Assembly (NCBI GenBank): GCA_005880445.1
Contig: VBGJ01000152.1
Span: 1 to 43,233 of the forward strand
Length of the DNA stretch: 43,233 nucleotides
Reading direction: 5' to 3'
Source: Chloroflexota bacterium
GTDB lineage: Bacteria; Chloroflexota; Dormibacteria; Aeolococcales; Aeolococcaceae
The translations under genes were made by a program, and so were the position numbers. Numbering within the stretch: position 1 is the first letter of the stretch; the number at the start of each line of letters is the position of its first letter. This document shows, piece after piece, positions 1-9,698 of the stretch. The notes beneath the pieces are model-generated. The model worked only from the letters and a program-made list of their open reading frames with translations, ran no database searches and was not told the DNA's origin.

Positions 1-564
1 AGCATCACCGTTCGTCATCGCGGTGGCGGACACAAGAAGACCTACCGCATGGTCGACTTCAAACGACAGAAGGACGGCGTCCCCGGGAAGGTTGCGCACA
101 TCGAGTACGACCCGAACCGCAGCGCGCGCATCGCACTCGTGCACTACGCAGACGGTGACAAGCGCTACATCCTCGCGCCGGTCGGCCTCCGCGTCGGCGA
201 TCCGGTCATGTCCGGCGATACCGCCGAGATCCGCCCCGGCAGCTCGCTTGCCATAGCGGGCATCCCGCTCGGAACCACCATCCACAACCTCGAGGTCAGG
301 CTCGGCCGCGGCGCCCAGCTGGTGCGCAGCGCCGGGGCGGCGGCCCAGCTGCTCGCCAAGGAGGGCGCGTATGCGCAGGTGCGCATGCCGAGCGGGGAGG
401 TGCGGCTGATCGACGTGCGCTGCCGCGCCACCATCGGGCAGGTCGGTAACGTCGAGCATGAGAACGAGGTTGTCGGCAAGGCGGGGAAGACGCGCTGGCG
501 CGGTTTCCGTCCAGCGGTGCGTGGCATGACCATGAATCCGTTCGATCACCCGCCGACCGCATGA
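1..564 (+). CDS. rplB: 50S ribosomal protein L2; 5' end outside the window, 3' end disrupted as sequenced (see findings)
   Basis: Frame 1 is open from nt 1 ([22 protein letters not shown]...) and carries L2 signatures ([26 protein letters not shown]). It stops at 562-564 directly after DHP, without the conserved HGGGEG block. The usual L2 C-terminus ([10 protein letters not shown]-stop) is readable in a different frame at 555-587. Confidence 0.9.
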   Translation, partial: SITVRHRGGGHKKTYRMVDFKRQKDGVPGKVAHIEYDPNRSARIALVHYADGDKRYILAPVGLRVGDPVMSGDTAEIRPGSSLAIAGIPLGTTIHNLEVRLGRGAQLVRSAGAAAQLLAKEGAYAQVRMPSGEVRLIDVRCRATIGQVGNVEHENEVVGKAGKTRWRGFRPAVRGMTMNPFDHPPTA

Positions 565-589
565 TCGTGCGGCGAAGGACGAAATAGGC

Positions 590-874
590 ATGGGACGATC
601 GCTCAAGAAGGGCCCGTTCTGCGACGACCACCTGCTGAAGAAGGTGCAGGAGCTCAACAACACGCGCGAGAAGCGCATCATCAAGACCTGGTCGCGTCGC
701 AGCGACATCTTTCCGGAGATGGTCGGGCACACGATCGCGGTGCACGATGGACGCAAGCATGTCCCGGTGTTCGTCACCGAGGCCATGGTCGGACACAAGC
801 TCGGTGAGTTCGCCGCCACCCGCAGATATCGCGGACACGGTCACCACACCGAGCGCAGCACGGCGTTGAGATAG
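590..874 (+). CDS. rpsS: 30S ribosomal protein S19
   Basis: 94 aa. [19 protein letters not shown]...[37 protein letters not shown] fits the S19 family. Canonical position after rplB, with purine-rich GAAGGA upstream of the ATG. Confidence 0.97.
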   Translation: MGRSLKKGPFCDDHLLKKVQELNNTREKRIIKTWSRRSDIFPEMVGHTIAVHDGRKHVPVFVTEAMVGHKLGEFAATRRYRGHGHHTERSTALR

Positions 875-876
875 AT

Positions 877-1461
877 ATGGAAGTCGTAGCGACGGCAAAA
901 TGGGTACGTACCACGGCGCGCAAGGCGCGCCTGGTGACGCACATGGTCGAGGGCCTCTCGGTCGCCGAGGCGCTCGTCGTGCTCCGGTACTCGCCGCGCA
1001 GCGCCGCTCGCGATGTGGCCAAGGTGATCAAATCCGCTGCGGCGAACGCGGAGCACAACTACAACCTGGACGCCGCGACGCTGCGCGTCATCCGCATCGA
1101 GGTCGATGGGGCGACCATCATCAAGCGATGGCGCGCCAAGCCGCGTGGCATGGCGGGGAGCATCTTCAAGCGCACCAGTCATCTGCGCGCCGTCGTCACC
1201 GACGACGAGCTGCCAGAACACGTTCGCCGGCGCCGAGCCGTGCGGCTGCCGCGCGCCGCGGTGGCGACGCCGCTTGCGTCTCCGACCACCTCGGCGGGCA
1301 TCGCGTCGTCGCGCCGGCGCCGCCGCGCTCCGGTTGCCGCGGAGGCTGAGGAGCCGGAGAGCCAGGAGTCGCAGGGTCAGGTCGCTGTGGAGGAGGAGGA
1401 GCCGGCGCGCGCTCCGCGGCGGCGCAGGACCCGAAAGGCACCCGAGGGAGACGGCGAGTAA
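877..1461 (+). CDS. rplV: 50S ribosomal protein L22 with a C-terminal Arg/Glu-rich extension of about 80 aa
   Basis: The N-terminal ~110 aa match L22 ([27 protein letters not shown]..., [22 protein letters not shown]). The tail is low-complexity (SSRRRRRAP...[23 protein letters not shown]). The stop overlaps the rpsC ATG (TAATG), so the tail lies inside the operon reading frame. Confidence 0.95.
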   Translation: MEVVATAKWVRTTARKARLVTHMVEGLSVAEALVVLRYSPRSAARDVAKVIKSAAANAEHNYNLDAATLRVIRIEVDGATIIKRWRAKPRGMAGSIFKRTSHLRAVVTDDELPEHVRRRRAVRLPRAAVATPLASPTTSAGIASSRRRRRAPVAAEAEEPESQESQGQVAVEEEEPARAPRRRRTRKAPEGDGE

Positions 1462-2486
1462 TGGGTCAGAAGGTCAACCCGATCGGCTTCCGGCTCGGCG
1501 TGTATCGCAACTGGGATGCCCGCTGGTACGCCGACAAGGAGTACACAAAGCTCCTGCACGAAGATCTGGCAATGCGGCGACTGATCGGGAGCCGGCTGCG
1601 CAACGCGGGCGTGGCGCGCATCGAAACCGAGCGCAGCGCCAATCAGCTCACCGTCATCATCCACACGGCAAAGCCAGGCATCGTCATCGGCAAGCAGGGC
1701 GCATCGGTCGATGCGCTGCGCGACGAACTGGAGCGCATCTCGGGCAAGAAGGTGCGCGTCACCATTCACGAGATCAAGACGCCGGAGCTGGACGCAACCC
1801 TTGTTGCTGAAAACGTGGCCTCGCAACTCGAGAAGCGCATCGCGTTTCGCCGCGCGCTCAAACAGACGCTGATGCGCTCCATGCGCGCCGGCGTCAAGGG
1901 CGCCAAGATCCAGGTGAGCGGACGTCTCGGCGGCTCAGAGATGTCGCGCCGGGAGTGGGACCGTGACGGCCGTGTGCCGTTGCACACCCTGCGCGCCAAC
2001 GTGGACTACGGTCAGGCCGAGGCGCGCACCACGTTCGGTCGGATCGGCGTGCAGTGCTGGCTCTACCTCGGCGACTTCGTCACCGCGACAGGCGAGCCGA
2101 TTCCGGTCGCGGGTCGGGAGCGACCCGAGCCGGCGCCACGCGAGGAACCGGTCGAGCGCACCGTGGTGATCCCCGCCACCGAAGAGGTCGCAGAGGAGGT
2201 GGCGGAGGAGGTGCCTGTGCTCGCCGTCGAGAGCGCCGACGGAGATGGCGCCGAGGTGGCTGACCAGATCCCTGAGGACGAGGAGGAAGAGATCGAGGCG
2301 GTCGTCGGCGCCGACGCCGAGGCTGTGCAGAAGGTCGAGAAGCTCTCGCCGAAGCGGGCGACCGCGCGGCGCAAGCCGGTCGCCGCGAAGAAGCCGGCGA
2401 CGGCATCGCGCACCGCCAAGAAGCCCGCACGCAAGCCGGCCGCGCCGCCACGCACGACCGCCGAACCCGACGAGACCGAGGAGTAG
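1461..2486 (+). CDS. rpsC: 30S ribosomal protein S3 with a long acidic-then-basic C-terminal extension
   Basis: [24 protein letters not shown]..., KH-domain GIVIGKQG, and ...[22 protein letters not shown] identify S3. At 341 aa it is about 100 aa longer than typical S3. The tail has [11 protein letters not shown], then EDEEEE, then [21 protein letters not shown]. Confidence 0.96.
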   Translation: MGQKVNPIGFRLGVYRNWDARWYADKEYTKLLHEDLAMRRLIGSRLRNAGVARIETERSANQLTVIIHTAKPGIVIGKQGASVDALRDELERISGKKVRVTIHEIKTPELDATLVAENVASQLEKRIAFRRALKQTLMRSMRAGVKGAKIQVSGRLGGSEMSRREWDRDGRVPLHTLRANVDYGQAEARTTFGRIGVQCWLYLGDFVTATGEPIPVAGRERPEPAPREEPVERTVVIPATEEVAEEVAEEVPVLAVESADGDGAEVADQIPEDEEEEIEAVVGADAEAVQKVEKLSPKRATARRKPVAAKKPATASRTAKKPARKPAAPPRTTAEPDETEE

Positions 2487-2489
2487 GCG

Positions 2490-2927
2490 ATGCTGATGCC
2501 CAAGCGGACCAAGCACCGCAAGCTCCATCGTGGTCGCCGTACCGGCGCTGCGTACCGTGGCAGCACGCTCAACTTCGGCTCGTATGGGCTCCAAGCGGTC
2601 GAACCCTGCTGGATGACCAACCGTCAGATCGAGGCGGCTCGACGCGCGATGACGCGCCACGTCAAGCGTGGCGGCAAGATCTGGATCCGCGTGTTTCCCG
2701 ACCACCCGTTCACCAAGAAGCCGGCGGAGACACGGATGGGCAGTGGCAAGGGTCAGCCGGAAGGCTGGGTGGCGGTCGTGCTCCCCGGCCGCATCCTGTT
2801 CGAGATGGCGGGCGTCACGCAGGAGACTGCGCGTGAGGCGATGCGCCTCGCGGCGCACAAGCTGCCCATCAAGACGCGCTTCGTGATGCGCGAGGACACG
2901 GGTGCTGAGGTGGAGGCCGCCGTATGA
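2490..2927 (+). CDS. rplP: 50S ribosomal protein L16
   Basis: [19 protein letters not shown]...[39 protein letters not shown] is the L16 pattern. Canonical order after rpsC. Confidence 0.97.
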   Translation: MLMPKRTKHRKLHRGRRTGAAYRGSTLNFGSYGLQAVEPCWMTNRQIEAARRAMTRHVKRGGKIWIRVFPDHPFTKKPAETRMGSGKGQPEGWVAVVLPGRILFEMAGVTQETAREAMRLAAHKLPIKTRFVMREDTGAEVEAAV

Positions 2928-3310
2928 GCAAGCGGACCGAGGCCACCAAGGCGCTGCGCGACATGAACGACGCGGAGCTCGACGAGCATCTCCACCAGCA
3001 GCGCCGGAAGCTCTTCGAGATGCGCTTCCAACAGGCGACCGGACAGGTGGAAAATCACCGGCAGATCCGCGACATCCGGCGCGAGATCGCGCGCACCATG
3101 ACGGTGCAGATCCAGCTGCAGCGTGTCGCCGCCGTGCCCGAAGAAGCGATGGTGAAGCCGGCGGGTCCTGTCTCCGCTCGGGCGCCCTCCCGGGCGCGCG
3201 CAAAGCGCGCGCCGGTGCCCTCCCTCGCGGGCCACCCGCCGGCTTCAACTCCATCGACACCAGAGGCGGAGCCTGCCGATGCGCCCGAGACGGAGGCGGA
3301 TGATGAGTGA
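2924..3310 (+). CDS. rpmC: 50S ribosomal protein L29 with a C-terminal Pro/Ala/Glu-rich extension of about 60 aa
   Basis: [51 protein letters not shown] is the L29 helix-hairpin. ATGA overlap with rplP. At 128 aa it is roughly twice the usual L29 length. Confidence 0.93.
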   Translation: MSKRTEATKALRDMNDAELDEHLHQQRRKLFEMRFQQATGQVENHRQIRDIRREIARTMTVQIQLQRVAAVPEEAMVKPAGPVSARAPSRARAKRAPVPSLAGHPPASTPSTPEAEPADAPETEADDE

Positions 3311-3581
3311 GCCGGTGGAGTCCACGAAGGTTCGGGCCCGGCGCAAGGTGCGCGAGGGCATCGTGGTCAGCGACAAGATGCAGAAGACGGTGATCGTCCT
3401 CGTGCGGGACACGAAGTCGCATCCCCTGTACAAGAAGGTGGTACGGCACACGCGGCGGTACAAGGTGCACGACGCAGAGGCCGCTTGTGGCGTCGGCGAT
3501 CGCGTGCGCATCATCGAGACGCGGCCTCTGTCCAAGGAGAAGAGGTGGCGCGTCGCCGAGGTCATCGAGAAGGCGCGTTGA
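3300..3581 (+). CDS. rpsQ: 30S ribosomal protein S17
   Basis: [83 protein letters not shown] is the S17 OB-fold pattern. The ORF-track start is 3279. I prefer the ATG at 3300/3303, which overlaps the rpmC stop; the start is uncertain by 21 nt. Confidence 0.93.
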   Translation: MMSEPVESTKVRARRKVREGIVVSDKMQKTVIVLVRDTKSHPLYKKVVRHTRRYKVHDAEAACGVGDRVRIIETRPLSKEKRWRVAEVIEKAR

Positions 3582-3582
3582 G

Positions 3583-3951
3583 ATGATCCAGCAGGAGACC
3601 GTGGTCAAGGTGGCCGACAACAGTGGGGCGCGCGAGCTCCTCTGCATCCGCGTGCTCGGCGGGAGCTATCGGAAGTATGCGGCCGTCGGTGACGTCATCG
3701 TGGGCACGGTGAAGGTCGCGCAACCCAACGCCCAGGTGAAGAAGGGCGACGTAGTGCGCGCAGTCGTGGTGCGGACGAGCAAGGAGTTCGCCCGCCCGGA
3801 CGGCAGCAACATCCGCTTCGACGAGAACGCCGCGGTCCTCATCAACCCGCAGAACAACCCGCGGGGCACGCGCATCTTCGGTCCGGTGGCCCGTGAGCTG
3901 CGCGAGCGCAACTACATGAAGATCGTCAGCCTCGCCCCGGAGGTGCTGTAG
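3583..3951 (+). CDS. rplN: 50S ribosomal protein L14
   Basis: [27 protein letters not shown]...[31 protein letters not shown] is the L14 signature. The ATG at 3583 is 2 nt after the rpsQ stop; the ORF-track start at 3487 lies inside rpsQ. Confidence 0.97.
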   Translation: MIQQETVVKVADNSGARELLCIRVLGGSYRKYAAVGDVIVGTVKVAQPNAQVKKGDVVRAVVVRTSKEFARPDGSNIRFDENAAVLINPQNNPRGTRIFGPVARELRERNYMKIVSLAPEVL

Positions 3952-3953
3952 CG

Positions 3954-4355
3954 ATGAGCGCCAAGGCAGAGCACCGCACGCGGATGACGCTGCGCCGCGA
4001 AGGCTGGTCGCGCGGACGGGCGCGTCCGCTTGACATCCGGCAGGGCGACACCGTCGAGGTGATCGCCGGCAAGGACCGGGGCAAGCGTGGTGTCGTGGAG
4101 CGCTGCCTGCCAGATCAACAGCGTGTCGCCGTGCGCGGGGTGAACCTCCTCAAGCGCCACACCAGGGCCGGGGTCAAGGGCAACATCCAGGGTGGCATCG
4201 TCGACTTCGATGGCCCGATCGCTTACAGCAACATCATGCTGGTCTGCAATCGCTGTGACAAGACGACGCGCATCGCCAAGACGGTGGACGCCGACGGCGT
4301 GCGGCGCATCGTGTGCAAGCGCTGCGGCGAGATCTACGAGAGGGCGCAGGTCTGA
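3954..4355 (+). CDS. rplX: 50S ribosomal protein L24 (KOW domain) with a C-terminal CxxC...CxxC zinc-ribbon-like segment
   Basis: KOW motif [21 protein letters not shown], then [10 protein letters not shown]...[28 protein letters not shown]...[10 protein letters not shown]. An N-terminal extension of about 25 aa results if the ATG at 3954 is used (alternative ATG at 3984). Confidence 0.93.
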   Translation: MSAKAEHRTRMTLRREGWSRGRARPLDIRQGDTVEVIAGKDRGKRGVVERCLPDQQRVAVRGVNLLKRHTRAGVKGNIQGGIVDFDGPIAYSNIMLVCNRCDKTTRIAKTVDADGVRRIVCKRCGEIYERAQV

Positions 4356-4918
4356 TGGCCACCCAGGCTCTCGACATGCCGCGGCTCCGGCGCCAGTACA
4401 TCGACGAGATCGTGCCGTCGCTGGTAAAGGAGTTCCGGTACCGCAACGCCATGCAGGTGCCGTCTATCACCAAGATCGTGCTCAACATCGGGCTTGGTGA
4501 AGCGATTGTCAACGGGCGGGCCATCGACGCGGCCACGTCCGACCTGAAGACCATCGCGGGACAGGCGCCCGTCGTGATCCGGGCTCGCAGATCGGTCGCT
4601 GCCTTCAAGCTGCGCGAGGGCATGCCCATCGGCGCCAAGCTGACGCTGCGCGGGCGGCGCATGTACGAGTTCCTCGACAAACTGGTCAACGTCGCGCTGC
4701 CCCGGATCCGCGACTTTCGCGGGGTGGATCCAAAGGCGTTCGACGGGCACGGGAACTACACCCTGGGCCTTCGCGAGCAGCTTGTTTTTCCCGAGATCGA
4801 CTACGACAAGATCGACAAGCTTCGCGGCCTCGAGGTGTGCATCGTGACCACGGCGAGCACCGACGCTGAGGGCCAGGCGTTGTTGACGGGGTTCGGCATG
4901 CCCTTCAGGAAGAACTGA
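4355..4918 (+). CDS. rplE: 50S ribosomal protein L5
   Basis: [50 protein letters not shown]...[23 protein letters not shown]...[23 protein letters not shown]. The ATG overlaps the rplX stop (TGATG). Confidence 0.97.
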   Translation: MATQALDMPRLRRQYIDEIVPSLVKEFRYRNAMQVPSITKIVLNIGLGEAIVNGRAIDAATSDLKTIAGQAPVVIRARRSVAAFKLREGMPIGAKLTLRGRRMYEFLDKLVNVALPRIRDFRGVDPKAFDGHGNYTLGLREQLVFPEIDYDKIDKLRGLEVCIVTTASTDAEGQALLTGFGMPFRKN

Positions 4919-4919
4919 C

Positions 4920-5105
4920 ATGGCAAAGAAATCGCTGATCGCAAAGTCGTTGCGGCCTCCCCGCTTCTCCACGCAGGAGCACCATCGGTGCGGCAATTGC
5001 GGCCGCCCTCGCGCCTACATGCGCAAGTTCGGTCTCTGCCGCATCTGCTTCCGGAAGTACGCCAGCATAGGTCAGATTCCTGGCGTCAAGAAGAGTTCCT
5101 GGTGA
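4920..5105 (+). CDS. rpsN: 30S ribosomal protein S14, short zinc-binding (type Z) form
   Basis: 61 aa, [61 protein letters not shown], with CxxC...CxxC. Confidence 0.97.
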   Translation: MAKKSLIAKSLRPPRFSTQEHHRCGNCGRPRAYMRKFGLCRICFRKYASIGQIPGVKKSSW

Positions 5106-5108
5106 GCC

Positions 5109-5504
5109 ATGACGAGTGACACCATCGCAGACATGCTGACTCGGATTCGCAACGCGAATACGGCGCACCACCGCGTCGTAGAGGTTCCTGCATCGCGGAT
5201 GAAGGTCGAGATCGCACGAGTGCTCCAAGAAGAGGGGTTCATCGAGGCGTTCGCGCACAGCGGCGAGGGTGCGGACGCGACGCTCACGATCACACTGAAA
5301 CCCGGCGGCGCAAAGGGCCGGGCGCTCAGTGGGCTGCGTCGCATCAGCCGCCCCGGGCTGCGCGTGTACGCGCGCAAATCCGAGATCCCTCGCGTGCTCG
5401 GCGGTCTGGGCATCGCGATCATCTCGACATCACACGGACTGATGACCGGACGCGCCGCGCAGCGCGCCGGACTGGGCGGCGAAGTCGTCGCCTACGTGTG
5501 GTGA
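5109..5504 (+). CDS. rpsH: 30S ribosomal protein S8
   Basis: MTSDTIADMLTRIRNANTAHH...GLRRISRPGLRVYA...GIAIISTSHGLMTGRAAQRAGLGGEVVAYVW. Confidence 0.97.
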   Translation: MTSDTIADMLTRIRNANTAHHRVVEVPASRMKVEIARVLQEEGFIEAFAHSGEGADATLTITLKPGGAKGRALSGLRRISRPGLRVYARKSEIPRVLGGLGIAIISTSHGLMTGRAAQRAGLGGEVVAYVW

Positions 5505-5508
5505 GCTG

Positions 5509-6060
5509 ATGTCGCGAATCGGACGCCTTCCCATTACGCTACCGGCCGGCGTCGAGCTCACCCTGACCGGCAGCCATGCCAGTGTGAGCGGGACGCGCGG
5601 CACGCTGGAGCGCAGCCTGCCTCCGTCGATGCGCGTGCAGGTGGACGGGAGCATCGTCACCGTGGAGCGGCCGAGCGACACGACGACCCACCGTTCGCTG
5701 CACGGTCTCACCCGAACCCTGCTGGCCAACATGGTCGAGGGGGTCTCACGGGGGTTCACACGGGAGCTCGATCTGGTCGGCGTCGGCTTCCGCGCGACCA
5801 AGCAAGGGCAAGACCTGGTCTTGACGCTCGGGTACTCGCATCCCATCCGCTACACGCCACCCGACGGCGTGAGCATCGAGGTTCCAGCGCCGACTCAGAT
5901 CGTCGTCAGCGGGAGCGACAAGGAGGTCGTGGGCCAGGTTGCGGCAAAGATCCGGTCATTTCGCAAGCCGGAGCCGTACAAGGGCAAGGGCATCCTCTAT
6001 AGGGGCGAGCAGGTTCGCCGCAAGGCCGGCAAATCCGGCAAGGCCGGCAAGACGAAGTGA
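5509..6060 (+). CDS. rplF: 50S ribosomal protein L6
   Basis: [17 protein letters not shown]...[32 protein letters not shown]...[23 protein letters not shown]. Confidence 0.97.
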   Translation: MSRIGRLPITLPAGVELTLTGSHASVSGTRGTLERSLPPSMRVQVDGSIVTVERPSDTTTHRSLHGLTRTLLANMVEGVSRGFTRELDLVGVGFRATKQGQDLVLTLGYSHPIRYTPPDGVSIEVPAPTQIVVSGSDKEVVGQVAAKIRSFRKPEPYKGKGILYRGEQVRRKAGKSGKAGKTK

Positions 6061-6428
6061 ACACGAGGCACGATCGCAGGGCCGCGCGCGACCGCCGTCA
6101 TCGCCGCGTCCGCAAGCACGTGGCGGGCACCGCCGGCCGACCGCGCCTGGCGGTGTTTCGCAGCCTGCGCCACATACAGGCGCAGCTGGTCGACGACGCC
6201 GCGGGACGCACGCTCGCGGCCGCCTCCACGACCGAGTCGGATCTGCGCAAAGGCGCAGGAAGTCCGGGGCTCACCGTCGCCGCAGCAACCGTGGTGGGCA
6301 AGGCGATCGCCGAACGTGCGCGTGCCATCGGTGTCGATGAGGTGGTCTTCGATCGCGGCGGATATCTGTATCACGGCAGAGTGCGCGCGCTCGCAGAGGC
6401 GGCTCGCGAGGGTGGTTTGAGGTTCTGA
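6057..6428 (+). CDS. rplR: 50S ribosomal protein L18
   Basis: GTG start in a GTGA overlap with rpl[36 protein letters not shown]...[28 protein letters not shown]. Confidence 0.96.
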   Translation: MNTRHDRRAARDRRHRRVRKHVAGTAGRPRLAVFRSLRHIQAQLVDDAAGRTLAAASTTESDLRKGAGSPGLTVAAATVVGKAIAERARAIGVDEVVFDRGGYLYHGRVRALAEAAREGGLRF

Positions 6429-6429
6429 T

Positions 6430-7029
6430 ATGGGTATGCGCATGGACCGCCGGGATGACCGCGGCGGAGATCTGCAAGAGAAGATCGTCTCGCTGAATCG
6501 CGTAGCCAAGGTGGTCAAAGGCGGACGACGCTTCTCCTTCAGCGCGCTCGTCGTCGTCGGCGACGGTCAGGGTCGCGTCGGTGCCGGTCTCGGCAAGGCA
6601 GGTGAGGTGCCCGACGCCATCCGCAAGGGTGTCGAGGATGCCAAGAAACACATGATCACGGTGCCCATGGTGGGCACGACGATCCCGCACGAGGTCCGCT
6701 ACAAGCTCGGAGCCGCGAAGGTGTTGATGAAGCCGGGTGTGCCCGGGACGGGTGTCATCTCCGGCAGCTCGATGCGCGCCGTCGTCGAGGCCGCAGGCAT
6801 CCACGACATCCTCACGAAGAGCCTCGGCACCGACAACCCGGTCAATGTGGTCCGGGCGACGGTCGCGGCGCTGGCGAGTCTGCGCACGCTCGCGGAGGTT
6901 GCTGAGCTTCGCGGCCGCACGCCGGAGCAGGTGATTGGAAGCCGCCGGCTTGCCGAGCGCATGGCCGCGGGTGACGGACGCGAGTCTTCGGCGCCGACGG
7001 CGGAGTCCACGGTGGGTGGTACGAGGTGA
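6430..7029 (+). CDS. rpsE: 30S ribosomal protein S5
   Basis: [46 protein letters not shown]...[40 protein letters not shown], followed by a C-terminal tail of about 30 aa. Confidence 0.96.
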   Translation: MGMRMDRRDDRGGDLQEKIVSLNRVAKVVKGGRRFSFSALVVVGDGQGRVGAGLGKAGEVPDAIRKGVEDAKKHMITVPMVGTTIPHEVRYKLGAAKVLMKPGVPGTGVISGSSMRAVVEAAGIHDILTKSLGTDNPVNVVRATVAALASLRTLAEVAELRGRTPEQVIGSRRLAERMAAGDGRESSAPTAESTVGGTR

Positions 7030-7280
7030 CCACGCTGCGTATCACCTATCGGAAGAGCGCGATCGGCTACCCGCACGGGCAGAAGGCGACGCTGACAGCG
7101 CTGGGACTGCGGCGGCTGCACCAGACGGTGGAGCGGGAGGCCACGCCGTCGGTCCGCGGGATGGTGCAGAAGGTCCGTCACCTGGTCAGCGTGGATGGCG
7201 CGCCGGCTGACTCGACGAAGGGTATGTCGGTCCTCGCCGCGCTGAGCGAGTCGCCTGCCACCGATGAGCCGTCGACGTGA
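7026..7280 (+). CDS. rpmD: 50S ribosomal protein L30 (with short C-terminal tail)
   Basis: GTGA overlap with rps[52 protein letters not shown] is the L30 pattern. Confidence 0.93.
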   Translation: MTTLRITYRKSAIGYPHGQKATLTALGLRRLHQTVEREATPSVRGMVQKVRHLVSVDGAPADSTKGMSVLAALSESPATDEPST

Positions 7281-7783
7281 AGCTGCACGAGTTGGGTCCC
7301 GCGAGGGGCAGTCGCACGAAACCGCAGAGGATCGGACGCGGCATCGGTGCCGGTAAGGGCAAGACCAGCGGTCGAGGACAGAAGGGTCAAGGCGCACGGT
7401 CCAGCGTCGGTCTCCCGGCCGGCTTCGAAGGCGGCCAGATGCCGCTGACGCAGCGCCTACCCAAGCTGCGGGGATTCCACAACAAGTGGCGCAAGGAGTA
7501 CGCCATCGTCAACATCAGCAAGCTCGCGCGCTTCGAGCGCGGCAGCGTTGTCGACGCCGCGGCGCTGGCCGGCGCGGGCCTTATCGCCAAGCCCACCGCA
7601 CACGTGAAGGTTCTGGCGGCGGGACGGCTGCGCACGCCGATTGTGCTGCGCGTGCATCGCATCAGCGCCGCGGCGCGCAGCGCAATCGAGGCCGCAGGTG
7701 GAAGCGTCGAGCTCGTCGCCCCGGAAGCCACGGCGCGAGCGTCGACCGAATCGTCCTCGGAGGGAGACCCCGCGCAGGCATGA
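7277..7783 (+). CDS. rplO: 50S ribosomal protein L15
   Basis: [42 protein letters not shown]...[23 protein letters not shown] overlap with rpmD. Confidence 0.96.
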   Translation: MKLHELGPARGSRTKPQRIGRGIGAGKGKTSGRGQKGQGARSSVGLPAGFEGGQMPLTQRLPKLRGFHNKWRKEYAIVNISKLARFERGSVVDAAALAGAGLIAKPTAHVKVLAAGRLRTPIVLRVHRISAAARSAIEAAGGSVELVAPEATARASTESSSEGDPAQA

Positions 7784-9111
7784 ACCTCATCGAGGCGCTG
7801 GTCCAGGCGTTTCGCGTTCCAGAGCTGCGGCGCAAGCTGGTGTTCACACTCGGCCTGCTCGTCGTGTTCCGCGTCCTGGCCAGCATCTCCATCCCGGGAG
7901 CCAACCCGGCTGCGCTCAACGACCTCTTCTCGAACAACACGCTGCTCGGCCTGCTCAACCTCTTCAGCGGCGGCGGACTCTCGCGATTGACGATCGTTGC
8001 CATGGGCCTGAATCCGTACATCAATGCCACCATCATCATGCAGCTGATGACGGTGGTCTCCACCCGGCTCAAGGAGCTGAGCAAGGAGGGTGAACAGGGC
8101 CGCAAGCGGATCACGCGGTACACGCGCTGGCTCACCGTGCCGCTGGCCATGCTGCAGGGCTACGGGTACATGGCGCTCTTCACCAACCCGAACGTCACGC
8201 GTGCCGGCGCGATCATCTCCAACCCCACGCCGGCGACCGAGATCACGATCATCCTCGTGCTCACCGCGGGCACCATCATTGCCATGTGGCTCGGCGAGCT
8301 CATCACCGAGTACGGCGTGGGCAACGGTGTGTCGCTGATCATCTTCGTCGGCATCATTGGGCGGCTGCCGGGCACGCTGGTCACATACGGCGGCAGCGGA
8401 GGCGCACACCTCATTCAGCTCATACTCATGGCCGCGATTGCGCTGATTGTCACCGCCGGGATCATCGAGGTGCAACAGGCGCAACGCAAGATTCCAGTCC
8501 AATCGGCGCAACGTGTGCTGAACCCGCGAACAGGCATGGCGTCCCAGGGACGCCGGAACTTCCTCCCACTGCGCGTCAACGCCGCCGGCGTGATCCCGAT
8601 CATCTTCGCCATCTCGATCATGACCTTCCCGACCATCTTCGCCAACCTGTTTCAGAGCAGCACCGGCTGGACGCTGGGCGCCGCGCAGTGGATACAGAAC
8701 AATTGGCAGCCAACCGGCGCGTACATTCCGATCAACTTCCTCTACAACGGCATCTACTTCATGCTCGTGCTCGGCTTCACGTACTTCTACACCGCCGTCG
8801 TCTTTGACCCGGTTGACGTGGCCGACAACCTCAAGAAGTCATCGACGTTCATTCCCGGGATACGGCCCGGCCGAAGTACGGCGGAGTACCTCGGTCGCGT
8901 CATGGGCCGGATCACGCTGGCGGGCGCGCTGTTCCTGGCGGGCATCACGGTCGTGCTCCCACTGATCACTGCCGCGATCACGGGCGTCTCGCCGACGAGC
9001 CTGTACCTGGGCGGAACCGCGATTCTCATCGTGGTCGGCGTTGCGCTCGACACGATGAAGCAGATAGAGACGCAGTTGCTCATGCGTCAATACCGCGGTT
9101 TCATCAAATGA
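7780..9111 (+). CDS. secY: Preprotein translocase subunit SecY
   Basis: ATG at 7780 overlaps the rplO stop. [40 protein letters not shown]...LFSGGGLSRLTIVAMGLNPYINATIIMQL...; about 443 aa, multi-TM. The ORF-track start at 7486 lies inside rplO. Confidence 0.96.
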   Translation: MNLIEALVQAFRVPELRRKLVFTLGLLVVFRVLASISIPGANPAALNDLFSNNTLLGLLNLFSGGGLSRLTIVAMGLNPYINATIIMQLMTVVSTRLKELSKEGEQGRKRITRYTRWLTVPLAMLQGYGYMALFTNPNVTRAGAIISNPTPATEITIILVLTAGTIIAMWLGELITEYGVGNGVSLIIFVGIIGRLPGTLVTYGGSGGAHLIQLILMAAIALIVTAGIIEVQQAQRKIPVQSAQRVLNPRTGMASQGRRNFLPLRVNAAGVIPIIFAISIMTFPTIFANLFQSSTGWTLGAAQWIQNNWQPTGAYIPINFLYNGIYFMLVLGFTYFYTAVVFDPVDVADNLKKSSTFIPGIRPGRSTAEYLGRVMGRITLAGALFLAGITVVLPLITAAITGVSPTSLYLGGTAILIVVGVALDTMKQIETQLLMRQYRGFIK

Positions 9112-9698
9112 TCGTCGTGCTGTTCGGGCCCCCCGGGAGTGGCAAGGGAACCCAATCGATCCGAGTCGCCCGCCATCTGCGCGTCCCGCACGTCGCCACC
9201 GGCGACATGCTGCGCGCCGAGGTGGCACGCGGATCGGCGCTTGGGCGCGAGGCGGAGCCACTCATGAGCACGGGACGGCTGGTCCCCGACGACTTGATCG
9301 TACGCATGATCGGCGCACGCATCAACGAGCCCGATGCTGCGGGCGGTGCGCTGCTCGACGGGTTCCCGCGGACTGTGCCACAGGCCAAGGCGCTCGACGC
9401 CATGCTGGGCGCTCGGTCGCTGCGCGTCGACGTCGTCGTCTCGCTGCGCGTGGACGACGATGAGCTGCGGCGTCGCGTTCTGGATCGAGCGAAGATCGAG
9501 GGCCGCGCCGACGACACGCCGGAGGCGTTCGAGCAGCGGCTGCGCACATATGGCGTCGAGACGGCGCCGGTGCTCGATTACTACCGCGGTATGGGCACGC
9601 GCATCGTCGAGGTCGACGGCGTCGGTGAGATCGAGAACATCACGAGACGCATCACGGTGGCGATCGCCGCGTCTGGGACCGTGGTGCCTGCGAAATGA
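9108..9698 (+). CDS. adk: Adenylate kinase (short-LID type)
   Basis: P-loop GPPGSGKGTQ, then ATGDMLRAEV...GRLVPDDL...LLDGFPRTVPQAKALD. ATGA overlap with secY. Confidence 0.95.
   Translation: MIVVLFGPPGSGKGTQSIRVARHLRVPHVATGDMLRAEVARGSALGREAEPLMSTGRLVPDDLIVRMIGARINEPDAAGGALLDGFPRTVPQAKALDAMLGARSLRVDVVVSLRVDDDELRRRVLDRAKIEGRADDTPEAFEQRLRTYGVETAPVLDYYRGMGTRIVEVDGVGEIENITRRITVAIAASGTVVPAK

Noticed and set aside
1935-3647. A 570-aa ORF on the minus strand. Similar long antisense or alternative-frame ORFs occur at 7387..8511, 9581..10621, 13128..14351, 16192..17250, 20345..21487, 35994..37103 and 41882..43117.
   Set aside because: Each lies antisense to, or in an alternative frame of, strongly conserved genes (ribosomal proteins, secY, map, truA, secA, lipA, helicase). 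Their Arg/Ala/Pro/Gly-rich composition is typical of non-coding frames in high-GC DNA, and they carry no recognisable motifs.
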